Assembly: GCA_002633005.1 (NCBI GenBank)
Contig: NMRA01000381.1
Location: forward strand, 370,407-434,406
DNA: 64,000 nucleotides
DNA from: Phoronis australis
Taxonomy: Eukaryota; Animalia; Phoronida
Reading direction: 5' to 3'
Below, one piece after another: positions 25,369 through 39,000 of this stretch (the first letter of the stretch is position 1; each line of letters begins with the position of its first letter). The notes beneath the pieces are model-generated. The model saw nothing but the letters and a program-made list of their open reading frames with translations, did no database searches and was not told the origin of the DNA. A program made the position numbers and the translations under genes.

Positions 25369-27100
25369 TATGCGATACGATGGAAGCCGGAAGGAGTGAA
25401 ATTAAGCAGACAGACTGATGTCACCAAGGCCAAAGGCCAGTACAAGTTGGCCAGCCTCCCTCTGCGTCCGAGAAAAAACTGCCCTCGAGAAAGAAAGAAC
25501 ACTTCGAGTCTAAAGGTGCACTACCTGGGACAAAGGCGGTGCCGAAATGGGCGCACCGAAGGTCTGTAGTGGGGAAGGGAAGACGGAATTCGTGTGAACT
25601 TTCCCTGTTATCTTATAGATTGTATCATAGAACTGATATGAAGAAAATCTGTGCGTAATCGAATGTCTAGAATTCAATTGGTTACCAATTAGCATTTGAG
25701 GATAACTAACCGATACTTAAATTGACCACACTTATTCGCATTATTTCAGCTGAGCGTACTTTCGGGATAATTACCAGGAGCATTTGGTAACCAAGGATGT
25801 CATGGGTAATAACGCAAGATTACCTGAAGATGGTACTGAAACGTGTGGAACCTAGCGCAAACCTGGAGTCGTTCACTGTTGATGAGGGTGGATCAGGTAA
25901 ATGCAGTTTGCTCATTCCATCCTCTGACGTCACACCCAAGACATAGTTTGACTAAACTATCTGCTTCCCTTCTACTTTCGGACTGCAGTTTACTGTCACC
26001 AAAGTGTATTAATTTTGCTTCTTACGAAAACGGATCCGAGTTTTATTTATTTAGTTAAAAATGCATATTTTGTTGCTGAAGTACTTCCGATGGTGTCTTT
26101 TCGGTTGAGCATGCCTACATAAAACGTCAAGCATCCTTACTTATTACTTTGGACAAACGTAGGTGTTGGGAATAGAGCAAACAGAGAATGACTTGTGTCA
26201 AAATCATCTTCCAGACCAGTGAAGCCAACAACCTCGGCTTATGTGGACTGCATTTCACGTCAGCTAAAATATAATCGTTTGCAAACTACCAATCCGTACA
26301 ATGTTCTGAATAAGGGACGGCTAGTCATGATGGCAGTGGTTATGGATTTTGGGCCAAAAGTTGTCGGCTGATGATAAGACCGCCGATTCAAAATTCCACC
26401 TCTTGGCTTGGATGCAAGCGAAGAACCTTTTCGTCGTTTAGCTCGTTGTTGACTTTTTAACCGAAGCTCCTTGTCGTTTAAAAACACCATATTCATCCAA
26501 TCTTGAATTGTTGTCAAACGAGCCGACAAGTGAAGTTACAGGCAATGCGTACATGAACCATTTTCGAATTACCAATTTTAGGTTTGGCCAACCCCAATGA
26601 ACATTGGGTTTTTTTAAAGTCGCTCATGGTTTCTATGTACTTGTTGGTAACGGACATAGAACCCAATGACTATAAGGAATATTATGAGACCGACTTCATG
26701 AGAGTTCACGCCCTAATTCGATTTTCGATTTCCATTTTAGCCAGATAAGCAGGGCGACATGCAGCAGTTTTTCTGAAGCATCTCGTTTTATGCATTACTT
26801 AAAAGTGTCGCTTTCGAAATTGCGACTTTAGGATTTACAAACCCCAATAAACTCTGAGTCGTTATCAATGTTCTTGCTGGTAAGGAGAATAAAGTCAAAT
26901 CACGGCATGAAATATTGCTGCGATACCAATTTCAAGAGAATAAAAGGCCTACTTCTCTTTTCGTTTTTAGCTAGCCAAACTAGAGTTGAAATGCGGCTTC
27001 AAATCTTTTTTAAAGTTTGGCCTGTCTTTATCGCCAGACTTTTTATTATGTCGGTCCCTACTCATTACTGCGTTATATGGTCTTTCACTTATCCTTTCAG

Positions 27101-28260
27101 AACAACAACACTTGAGTGCTCCCCTGAAAGTGACCGTAAATATCAATAAAGGAAGCTCAAGTGTCACTTACCTATGGGTCGTCAAAGTAGATCAGATGGG
27201 ATCAGATGCAATGACAAAGTTTATAAGAAGCAATAACTGGTTCAAGAATGAAGTGGATGTATACAGTAAACTGGTTCCTGCCATGAAAGCTATACAAGAG
27301 GAGCGTGGAATATGTCCCGTCATGCCATCGATTCCAGAATTTGTGTTCGGAACAACTGGGCAGGACGTCGAGATGGTTTTCATGAAAGATTTGAGCACCT
27401 CTGGATTCATTTCCTGGGATATAAAAAGAGACATGGATTTCGAGCATTGCAAATACGCAATGCAAGAGTTTGCGAAACTTCATGCTCTAGGTTACCTTCT
27501 GAAGGGCAATGACAGGTTCTCGTCGCAAGAACTGAAAACACGTTTTCCAGTTGTAACATCAGAAAAGGTGATGACTGAAAATTTTATGAAGTGGTACATT
27601 CCATTTTTCAGCAAATCTTTGAACGCCGTTGTGGATGTGGCGGAGGAGATGCTGACGGAACAGGAAGTGGTTAAGAGAGCGCAAAAACTACGTGATCGCA
27701 AGTTGATATCTACGTGGGAGTCCTACTGCCTTCGAGAGGAGCCCTTTGCAACCATTTGTCACGGAGATCTGAAAAGTTCTAACATGTTTTTTCGTTACGA
27801 TAACCATGAAAACTCCCGCGGAGAAAAGAACAAAACGCCTTCATCAATTTGCATCCTGGACTGGCAGTTGACACGTTACGCTGTGCCTGCTACAGACCTG
27901 ACATATTTTCTTTACTGTTCCACTGGGCGTAACCTACGACAAGAAAAAATTGATGAACTTATCCTCATCTATCATACCGCATTCAGTCATTACTTGAAAT
28001 ATTTGAACATCACCTTTCCTGAATACGGTTTGGAAACACTCAAAGATCACGTTAACAGATCGAAAACCTTTGCAATATTTCACGCGCTGTTCGTGCTACC
28101 CCTTGTCCTGGCCAAGCCCGAGGATCACCTGGAGCTGGCGTTATGGCAACCAAATTCTGAACACGCACAAAGTATGGTAACAAATGCCCTTCGGAAATCA
28201 GAGGCACTAACGCGTGTCCTCGATTTGTTGTATGACGCTATATCTACAGGGTTTTTGTAG
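27101..28260 (+). CDS. Ecdysteroid-kinase-like (EcKL / CHK domain) protein, main exon; start unresolved (frame open from ~26971)
   Basis: Long intact ORF with FKNEVDVY, MKDL...GF, FAKLHA, TICHGDLKSSNMFF (Brenner motif), ILDWQ and PATDLTYFLY. Acceptor cttatcctttcag|27101. Confidence 0.88.
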
Positions 28261-30086
28261 TTGAAGTTTGCTCATTTGTAAATCAAAATAATAAGTAAAT
28301 CATTTGATGTTTCGAAATTAAGTGGTCAAGTCGCGTTAGCAAGGGGTTCCGTTGTTCGAACTGAAGCCATGGAAGATCTCAAGTCAACAAAGAGGTCGGT
28401 CTATGTTGCCTCAAACAATAACATTTCAGATCACTCTATTATTTGAAAAGACAGACAGAATGTCGCTTTTGTTAACTGAGATTTCACAGAAAAATTTGAA
28501 GAACATTTCTGAGATTTAAAATAACGCGGATATTTTGAAGGAAAATATGCAATATTGAAGCTAAAAAATTTGACGTCTAGTTACACACGTGCATTACTAC
28601 ACGAGGAGCCAGTTTTATTGTCCCATGCAAATTGGAACACAACTCTCTTGCGATACCTTTTTCTACCTATGTTTTCAGAGATTACTATTTCATCTGTTGT
28701 ATATAGTTTTTCATACCTTTTACCAGTTGTACCTCTACGTTGTTACATTATAAACGGCCCTTGTTGCTAACGCATGGTCTCCTTGGAAACGGCTTTTGAC
28801 ACTCTTTTATGGGACATATGTCGAACATTAATGGAGTGTCCAAAGCTGAAAATTGATTCTGGACGTAAAGCATTGTATTGTTTTGCCTAAAACATAGGCT
28901 TTCGTTCTCATTTTGCGAAAAAATAATGCATGTCGTCAAAAAAAATTAAGAATTAAATTACACAAGTGAATCAATATTGGAACAGTGAAAAACTGAATCA
29001 CAGCTATTCGACCGAATGATGCCTTTTTCTTTGACTGCATTTCTAGATGATATTTTTCCAATAATTGTATTGTTACAGGTATTTAAAATCATTTTATAAC
29101 TTTAAAAGCATGAACAATTGCAGGGGCAGGATTTCGAGTTAGGGGGAGCCTGGGCAGAGTATTAGCCAGGATTTTGTCCGTCGAACATTCGCACCCCCGA
29201 ACTGCCAAATGTAATCTAGGAGAATTTTAGGGAGGGGGGGGGGCATGGCCCCTCTCTAAATCCGCCACTGCATTACTAGTAAGTTTAGCTAGGGTATTTT
29301 AATTAAAAGTTCGTCGTTTGAACGCAAAGCGTTTTAACGGGACATTTTAACGTGTCACACCCAAGCATATAACTACCATAGATTAAAAACATCATATATG
29401 GTAATGCTTTTCCTTTGAAAAGGAAATGACGATTCCGCACATGCGGAATATTGTTGCAGCATGCAAATACACACGGTTAGTATCATTTCGTGTGACAATC
29501 GGCAACTGCCGTTCAACTCCGTTCAAGTTTATGAGTGTACTAATCGCATTTAAGCTAAACTGTTTCAGTAAAATTATAAGTGAATCCAACTTATGAGAGA
29601 ACTAAACTTTATTGTAAGAAATGCAAATTGTTATTTGCACCAAGAATTTATGCAATGCAGTCTCTCTTACTTGCACCAAGAATGCATGTTACAGTCTCCC
29701 GCACATCTCACCAATCCAAAGAGGCGACTTTTTGCAAAGCTGGATTTCAGCACTGAACATTTTGACAACTCGTATACAAGGCTAAGGCTGAAAAATTAGT
29801 CTAAAGTTACTTTCTGTTTCTCCTTTAACCATTCCGCGTAAGTTATGTTGAGTTGTTTTTTGGCGCTGGACCTTCTAACCTCTCTTGTCCATCGGTCATG
29901 CATTAAGGGTGAAGTGATCGGCCGCCATTCTGGTTTCTCTTCCTTAGACGTCTTTGTGAGCTAAGTTGAAATGTATGGTTGATGTACTTGTATCTCGACC
30001 TTTTTGCCATGGGTTAGGTTGAAGTGTATTCGGAGGAGGAGGGCAGATTACAATGCTTGGCTAAGTCCGTCTTCTACAGTCCCGAA

Positions 30087-33000
30087 TCAGGCCGAACTAT
30101 TTAATACTAGGTCTTCTAGTTTCTCTTCCAAGTATTCGTGGGTTAGGTTGTGTCTGGTGATAAGTCCTTTCATCTGAAAGTACGAATATATTCAACACGG
30201 TAGTGTAGTATATTCGCAAAACAAGTGATTTTCTAAACAGAGGTGTGCCAATCATAGTTAAATTTCGACCTTCTGGCTATCAAACAGAGGAAGTTAGCTT
30301 ACCTTGCCTAGTGCGTCTAGAACCGGGAGATGGCGCAATCCCATACTACGAAACAGGTTGAACACTTGAGAGACGGGAGTATTAGACAAGACCGTATAAG
30401 GACTAGCATTCATGTATGGCGTTACATCCTAAAATGATTGGGCAAAAGTCGCTGTGAAATACAGTTTAAGGGTAGTCATAAGTGAAACGTTGATTAGCAA
30501 TCATGAAATCAAAGTTACTGGAGTATACAGTCGAATAATTCGTTGGTTAAAAATTAAAAACAAAAATAAATTGCCCAAATCTTGGGAGCTGAAAATCAAC
30601 GATCCATAAATTTACCACAAGAATAGCTGCAAGTTCAACGTTGCTCCTGCACCTATCACTGTTTAGCACTAAATGTTACTTTTTAAGACATGGAAATTTC
30701 ATACATAAAACATAACTTCCACGATTGTATACTTATTTGGAAGACAAATTCCATCAGGATGCAAGTGAATACGCTTAGCTGACCAACTGAAAACTTGAAA
30801 GTGATTGTCCATACCGTTAGTCTGCACGACGTTCAGTCACACTTTGACGTAAAATAAAGGGAAAATGCAACGTACTTACTATTACAGAATCGGTAGAAAA
30901 CTGACTGCTGTCAATGTCATATATGTCGGGGTACCTTGGATAAAATGATGTAAATTCTGCATATGAAATTTCCGGTTGACAGTCAGCCTAAAATATAAAG
31001 AGCATTTAGGCTGATCCATTGAGCTGGTTACGGCCGAACACAGATCATGAAGAATAATTTCATGCAGTTATTTATGTTAAACAAGAAAGATGAGTTTTGA
31101 TAAATATGTATATTCAACTTCATCCATTTCCTAAAGATTTTATTTTTCAAAACGAATCTTTGTTCTCCACAAGATATTCAGAAAGATAACACTATTTGGC
31201 TATATTGCACTACTGTCACAACTCGGAGATGGTAAAAATGATAAAGGGAGGTAAAAAACCTCACATGCCCACGTGCTGCTGTGCTGTTGTTTGGGTTAAG
31301 CGGTCATGTTTCAATCGAAATTTGTGGTTGCCGGGGCCCTGCTTTGCGACATTCCAGAGCCGCCAGTGAACACCATACCAGGTCGACACTTTTGCTGCCG
31401 CTATTCATTGAATTAAGTATTACAGACAATCGTGAAAAAACTTACTGAGTCACGTTCTTTGTAAAAAACACCCTTTTTCAACAAAACAACCAAATCACTT
31501 CTTAAAATAATTCCATGAAAGCTAAGGGTGACTTCAGCATTTGCTTCTGTACCGCTGTTAGTGACCGACGGTGACGTAACTGCCTCCAGCCTCTACAATA
31601 CATAGTCATTATTTGTACCGCAGTAAAGAGAGCACATAGGGGATTAGTTTAAATATGCCACTGAAAATGTTCAACCTCTGCTTTAAAATCAAGGATTATC
31701 GTATAGACAGGTAGATCCAGGCGATTTTTACGATGTGTCATGAGAGACAATGGACATTAGAATTAACTGTGCGATCGCTATACGTTATTTCCCAACACAT
31801 GACCAAGTGGAAAAATGTTATTGCATCACGAAACAAATCAGAAATACAATGGCTGCTCCCATTCACCAACATCTCTCTTCAGGCACCAGGCACCCAATAA
31901 CATATTGTTGTCAGCGGAGGAACGATGAAAATGTGAAGGCAACCCACTCCTGTTGGCCACCACGTTCGCCATCTCCAGCTCCCTTCCGACCGCCTCCCTA
32001 CACCGTTCATTGGCTTCACGATGGTTCGGCAACTCATAGACTACAAATCCTTTAAAAATAACCATAAAGCCATTGTGTTCTATAGACACGGCTTAAACAT
32101 TTCGCATGTTTTCAATATCAGGCAAAACATTCAAGGGAGTTGACAACGGGAAACAAATATACCTGGACTCTACCACTTGATGCTGGTACGTCAAAGTCAT
32201 CTCTAGTGACCACAGGATAGGCGTGGTGTGCAGTGGTGCGTAATATGTTGATGATTGTCTGAACTCTAGAGTGGGGATAGACATATTTCAGTTCCTTGCT
32301 CATGATGTCCTTTGCTCTCATTCTGTAACAACGATAATCGGAGGAGTTAGGCAGCAGTTATACATAGAATTGTGTTTAAATACACGCCAGTGTTGTCTAT
32401 TTACAATTTTATTGGACACTCGCTCAAACTTGCGATATATTTGTCAATCATGCAAGTGAGTTTCTATTCGAATTGTAGACAAAAGTGCCATGCGTTTAAC
32501 AGTTCTAAAACAGAGGATGTAATTATACACAGTCACACTGGGCCAATAGTAGGTAAGCTGTTACTCAAAATATCTTGTGAGGAACTATTAGGAAGTAAGA
32601 TACCTACAACTCAACTTTTGGAGGGGCTTCCCATTCAAGTAATGGAACGTTTCGTAACTTTATATGAATATCATATAAGCCTTCTGTGAATAAATCGCCA
32701 CTCCACTTGGCAACCTGAAATTGTTAAAAATAAAAGTCATTTTATGTATATCTTTAGGCTTTTTGCTCCTAACATGGTCTTCCGTTTAACCATAATTATG
32801 ATACAGGACCATGTGTAACATGGAAGCCAAAGCAAGCCAATGATTTTAAAAAGATTCGTTAATCAACTTGCCATAGTCGCTAGAGCTTTTTGTTTAATAA
32901 AATCTCTTGGCAAACATGTTGCAAAATACACCAATCTTAGAGAGAAGCTGCGACGATCCACAACCATTGAGGGACAGATCGTCCACGTCTAATACGCACC

Positions 33001-36000
33001 ATCAACACGAGCATTATCGGCAGGCCGTAGCTTATTTCATTTGTGGACTCTATCAAGATAACAGTCAGACTGATGGTCATGCGTACAACTCCCCCGAGGA
33101 AGGCTGCCGCGCCCACAAGGGCAAATGTTCCGGAATATATCCTGGGGTAGCCTAGAACACTATCAAAGAGAGGACAGTTTATCAGTTGTTTGGTGTCGGA
33201 ATGAGTTAACAAAATATCAGAAAGTAATGTAATTAGCAACTAACCTATTATGTAACCTTAGATCAATACACATCAGTGTCCGATTTACATTTTCGGTCAC
33301 GGGAGTTTCACTCATTCAGGTTGCACAAAGTACGTATTTCCAAAGAAAGGCGGTTTTTTCGTCAGAGAGTTCATTTATTGAAGGGTGGGGTCAAATTGTC
33401 TGAACCCCACGAGGTCCGCCATTGCACCTTGCGGTTGATAGCAGCAATACCAACCATACAATTGTCCAAATGGTGATTATTATCATATCGTACTTAATCT
33501 AAATCGAAAGCCAATTTTAATAGATAAAAATGGAACATTCTTAATCATCATCAAATTGATGAGAATTTGTCTTCCGTTTAGTGACCGTGGGGCCGCTCAC
33601 AGTGAAATTTGACAACACAACTCATCACTGGGGGGGCACACATTATCTCCCGCATTTTGATGTTGACTGGACCATGGTCCCGTTTCATCAAAGAACGCAT
33701 AGACAAGAAAGCCAAACTTTTGAAAATACTTAACAAGTGTTTGTTAGGTGGCCAACAACTTATTAAGCAGTAGATGAAAATTACCATCTCGTCTGAATAC
33801 GGATTACAAATTTTCTTTCGTAAGTTAAAAAAAAACTTTGCCACAGTCTCAGTCAATTGCCAACGAAACATCTTCGCTATCGCCGGTCGGCCATACTAGA
33901 CCAACAACATATCACAAAACGAGCCCTTAATTGTCAATACAAATGGGCGACATGCATAGGACGTTTCGAATCAACGTTTTATTCAAAACAGGAACGCTTT
34001 CTATCAACCAGTGTGTAGACAAGGTGCACTCACTTCACTAACAGAGTAGCTACAAATCGACCAAAAGCAGCTCCACAAAGAAGTGACGGCACGAACAGAC
34101 CACTTGGTATAGACGCACCGTATGTCCAGCACGCCAGGAAAAAGAAACAAATAAAGAAAATCCCAAGAGTAGTTAAGCTGAATGTTCCTGAAAGAAAAAT
34201 TGCATAAATGACGAAAACGGTCTTATAACTCAATGATAGTATCATCAGCAATGAGCAAGAATTCAGCAACCCTGTATTAACACAAATATGTATGCAGCGC
34301 AAAACGTTGAAATGCGCCAGCGACTGCTCCGCAAACGGTATGCTTCTAGGAGTGTTTATGAGTATTATATAATACATAAAATACAAGACTGGTTCCAAAA
34401 TCAACTTCATAGGCCAAGAACCTCCTATGCTGAATTTTGGAGCGCATTAGTTGTAAAATGCCGATGTTGTCGGAAAAAATCCGGTCGGCCACGTTTTCAC
34501 AAAGCCCACCCCACTGTCAGTATTGATATTGTTAGTTAGTCAAGGATACCAAAGTAAAGGCAAGTGTTCAAATCACTTCAGTAGAAGCCCTGATACCAGT
34601 ACAATCGTAAATTATTAGTATAACCGATCACCACGACATCGGCAGCCCAGCGAAGCTGAAACCCGAAGGCTAAAAGTTAGAACGCAGAATATACATTAAA
34701 TGGATCCATTCGAAAATTGGAACGTGTGGTAGCTTCCTTAATAGATACCTATTTGCCAAAGTTCATGAAACCCCACTAAGGAACGCAGTAGACAAAGAAG
34801 CATACGCAAAGAAAGCCTAAGCTGCTGCAACTAGGGGGAGGCCAAAGTAGTTTGACCCGTCCGAAAATCAACGTCAGCTCATCTCCAAAGTAACACATCT
34901 GTGAAATTTCATAAAGATCCTTGGAGCGCTTTGGCGGACAGAGAACTGGACAACAAAAACATCAGCAAAACAATAGAAATGACCAATACGGATGAAAATG
35001 GGAAAGTGCCATAGTCTCTACAACAAATCTATTTGCCAAATTTCATGAAAATCCGTCCAGGAACTCGTAAGATGTAGATTAGAAGCTATAGCGTAAAAAC
35101 AGTAAGGCATAGCGGTGGTCAAATCCCTTAGAAACTTCGTTCGTGTCGTCCTATTCAAAATAGGAACATGACTGCAAAATTTCACAATCATCCATCGAGA
35201 TACAGCGGCGGACGCCGGACGGACGGAGGACAGCATAATCATGCACCAACACACAGGCACACACTAGCACGCGCACATATGTATGGACACATAAGAACAT
35301 ACGGACCTTCACAAGATCTTTACTATATGTACCTTAGTGTTTTAGTTACCAACGTACCTTCTTGATGAAACAACTGCTTTATTGCGATTTCTTGAGGGTT
35401 GAAGAAAAGTGTCGCCATGTCGTTATAGTAACCGTCGGGACAGAAATACGTGCGAACCCCTTCCGACGTAGAATTACTATTAGACTAAACAAAACAAAAT
35501 ATTGACATTACAACCTGAACATTAATATTCGAAAGTGACAAAGCGCAGTTGCTGTAGGAACTATGTTGTCCGTGCATGATTATCAGCGGTGGACAAGTCA
35601 ATACTAGATGCCTAACACTTGCAATGTTATGACTTCGAATCCAGGTTCGCAGGGCAAAACCTCATTCTCTTGGCAAGCGATTCTCCGCTACACTGACATA
35701 ACCACTTGTGACTGCGGCCGAGGAGGAAGAAAGGTTGGAGATCAACTGTAGCCACCCAATTTTTAGGTTGCAAATATGAGATGCCACGACGGATCAAAAT
35801 GGACAACTTAATTCAGCTCAAGTTAAGTAAATAATATAAAATAAGAATGAAGGGGCTTATTAAGCCAAAAATAATACATGTGAGGATCATTAAGCCAAAA
35901 ATAGTACATGTGAGGCTCATTTACCCACAAATAATACATGTGAGCTCCATTCAGGAAACAGAAGCCAAGCAAAACAAGTGTTAACTTGTATCATTTCGTG

Positions 36001-39000
36001 GCTCGAATCTTGTGACTCGCAAACTTATTAAATTACATTCGACACTATCGCTGGCCAATAGGTGAACGACAAGCACATAAATTAATTATTGCTAACGGCG
36101 TTAATTAGTTCTTAGCGACGTAAATTAATTGCTTGTGGAGCAAATGAACTTTTAACAGTGTTAATTAATTATTAACGTGGCAAATTAAACTTAATTTACG
36201 CGCGTAATTTACGCACGTAAATAATTAATTCACACCGCAAATTAATTATTTTCTCGTCCAATAACCGCCGGTTTTACAATTCGCGAAGTTTGCGATTGTA
36301 CCACTGATGAGCTCATCGGTTGCAAGAACGATACGAAAGCCATGGTTTGGACCTCCCTCTCTCTTCATTCCATTCTCGAATTCTTTGTTTCCCGTTCCAT
36401 ATGCGATAAATTCTTGCAGCAAGTGAGCCCGCCGCACAGTGTGTTGCTTTTAGTGAACTTAGCCCTGCTCAAACTAGAGGAAGGTAACCTTCGCCTTATA
36501 CACTGCTTTTAGTATTGATTAAAAAATCAACTTTCACATTAAATAGGACACTGTTTCGACGTGAAGCGTGCGTATAACACAACATGTATGGTTCACGTTT
36601 CGCTGAACATTTAGTATGAAATGTTCGTTTCTTTTGGGCGCACTCATGCCGTTTCACTTTTGTTATCTTGAAGCTGTTGCTCCGAAAACACATCATTGTG
36701 TGAAACGGGGTATCCCACTGTAATAGCCACATTATCTGAACAGCGCTCAATATACCTTTAATTAAACGCACGTCGAATATCGTCTAGATGTAAAATAGAA
36801 CCAACCCACAAGCCTGCTTTTATTTACAACAAAAACAAAAAGATACTAACTGCTATCTTTCTGCAATCTCCAAGCGTCATAGCAGCAACAAATGCAACAG
36901 TGGTAGTAACCAGTGCAATCAACACAGCCTCCAGAATCCTGCAAAAAAACTCGTGGTGGTGGGCGAAGACATTTAAAACTAGTTAAAAACTATTGAAATG
37001 CACATTCATTTTTTCATTTCATACGAAACTCGAGACGAACTACATCACAACAATGGGAAAGGGTAACCATCCAAAGGGTGGCAACAGTTCAATGAATGCG
37101 TCTCTAAATTCCAGCTGTGATCCCCTAAAACCCCACTCACGGATCAGCAGACACCAAGCCCGCTGTACAAATCCCTGCACAGTTTGCTGTCCCAAAACTC
37201 CGATAAACGCGCCGAGAATGGTTCATACCCCACGGTGACCAATCTCCGGGCACTGCGTGTTTAGTGTCTATTGCCGGGGACGACTGACAGCTGGAATTTA
37301 GAGGAGCAGCCATAAACTGTTCACACCCTTTCATATCTACTCGTGGAAGTAGTCCACATGTCTCCACTTGTTTAGCGTGGAAGTAGTCCACATGTTTTCA
37401 CTTGTTTGGCGTGGAAGTAGTCCACATGTTTCTACTTATTTGGCGTCACTGCGTTTGAACGTGCACCTGAAGCGCACCACGCACAACTTACCTTATCACC
37501 TTGTGGCGTCTATGTATGTGTCTCATTCTATACACCGTTAGTCGTTCGTTCAATACATTGAACAAGGCTCCCAACAGTCCTCCCACAAATCCCATGACCA
37601 AGAACACGAGTAAGTCGACGGCCGACCAAAGATGGCATTCTCCCACGGACGAACTCTCGCACTGTAAGCCGTGAAAATGGTGGAATGTACAGGTGAGGTG
37701 CCCAAACACTTAAAGACACAACTCTTTTGCAGCGGTGTCTAATACCACTGAATGAAACATGTCAACAAGAGCAACACAAGGTTGAAATGCACCTACAACT
37801 GCACAGCAAACGTTATACTTCTCTGGGTGTTCAGTATCATGTAAATTAGACTAACTTGGTCGGAACGGGAAATCGACTGTTGTTGGTGCTTACCAGCCAT
37901 AAACCTCTATGTCAAGGTCCATTAAGAATTTGTCATGCCATTTTGACCAAAGGGACATACAATATCCAGTCAATGACCAAAATGTCCAAAGTTAGTACCA
38001 CGGTCGCCAAATATGCATGAAATTCGACTGGTGCTGGCGCATTCCCACCAACTATACCCATATACATTTCTTCAAAATTTGTTCCAGTCGCTTCGCCGAT
38101 AATAAAACAAGGACTTGTAGTCAAAAAAATTAAACGGACAACTGGGACTGCCACAGTACTTGAATCCGCTCAAAAATCGACTGACTACGGGTTAGGCTAT
38201 TCTCATCATATACCTTTAAGTTTCGTTCAGTCATTGCTCCGAAAACTAAAACGGCCAACAGGTGGTGTCATGATAGTCGAATCCATCCGAAAAATCGATT
38301 GACTCAATCTTGCCATATAAGTTTTTATTACGATCTGAATGCAAACGTGTCAATAAGGAGCGCCACAAGGGGCGCCGCAGTCATCGAACACACTCGAAAA
38401 TCAACCTCAGTCGTGGTCTCCTTAAGAGGAGCACAGAGGCAAACTAGTGCCAAAAACAGCGCAGAGCAGAATTGGCATATCTGTCTGAAAATGGGAAGGC
38501 GTTGTCGTCTCCTTAATAGAAACCTATTAACTTGCAATATGCTACCAGATATGTATACGTTGGCGCATAAAATGGATATTGTCCCTTGAAGTATTCCCAA
38601 CGTAAATGAAACTGCATGTTCTAAGTATCTCTCAATAATTCTGATGTTGAATCACGTTGGTTGAGAGATACTCTAAGAACACATTGGCGACCATAGATGT
38701 TTAATATATCCAGTCCCAACTTTTTATTCCTAAGGTCCAGGAAAATGTTAGAGGTCAAAAGTAGAATATTAATGGTGTTTAAAATGTAGATTGTTGGAGT
38801 AACCTCACCGTTGTACAGGTGGGTATACGTTCGTATGCGCACATAGGTTTGTTACACACATAACTTAACAAAATTTGAAGAAATCAAATCTTCCATAATT
38901 TTAATTACAACAAGTGGTATAATTGCTCTTGCCTTAAAGACGCCGAAGTTAATGAGACCAGGTGAATAAAAGTTGCCCCAAGAATGTTCGTTGATTCCGG

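Noticed and set aside
25822-25850. Hammerhead-like CTGAAGA...GAAA
   Set aside because: No stem II or stem I, and no properly placed cleavage triplet.
26986-27100. Hydrophobic N-terminus or signal peptide on EcKL
   Set aside because: The ORF starts at TTG, and this stretch looks like pyrimidine-rich intron before the 27101 acceptor.
32600-32610. Premature stop or second U12 donor (TAG|gtatct) in CLCN6 exon 17
   Set aside because: The upstream TT|GTAGGT donor gives the correct phase and avoids the stop.
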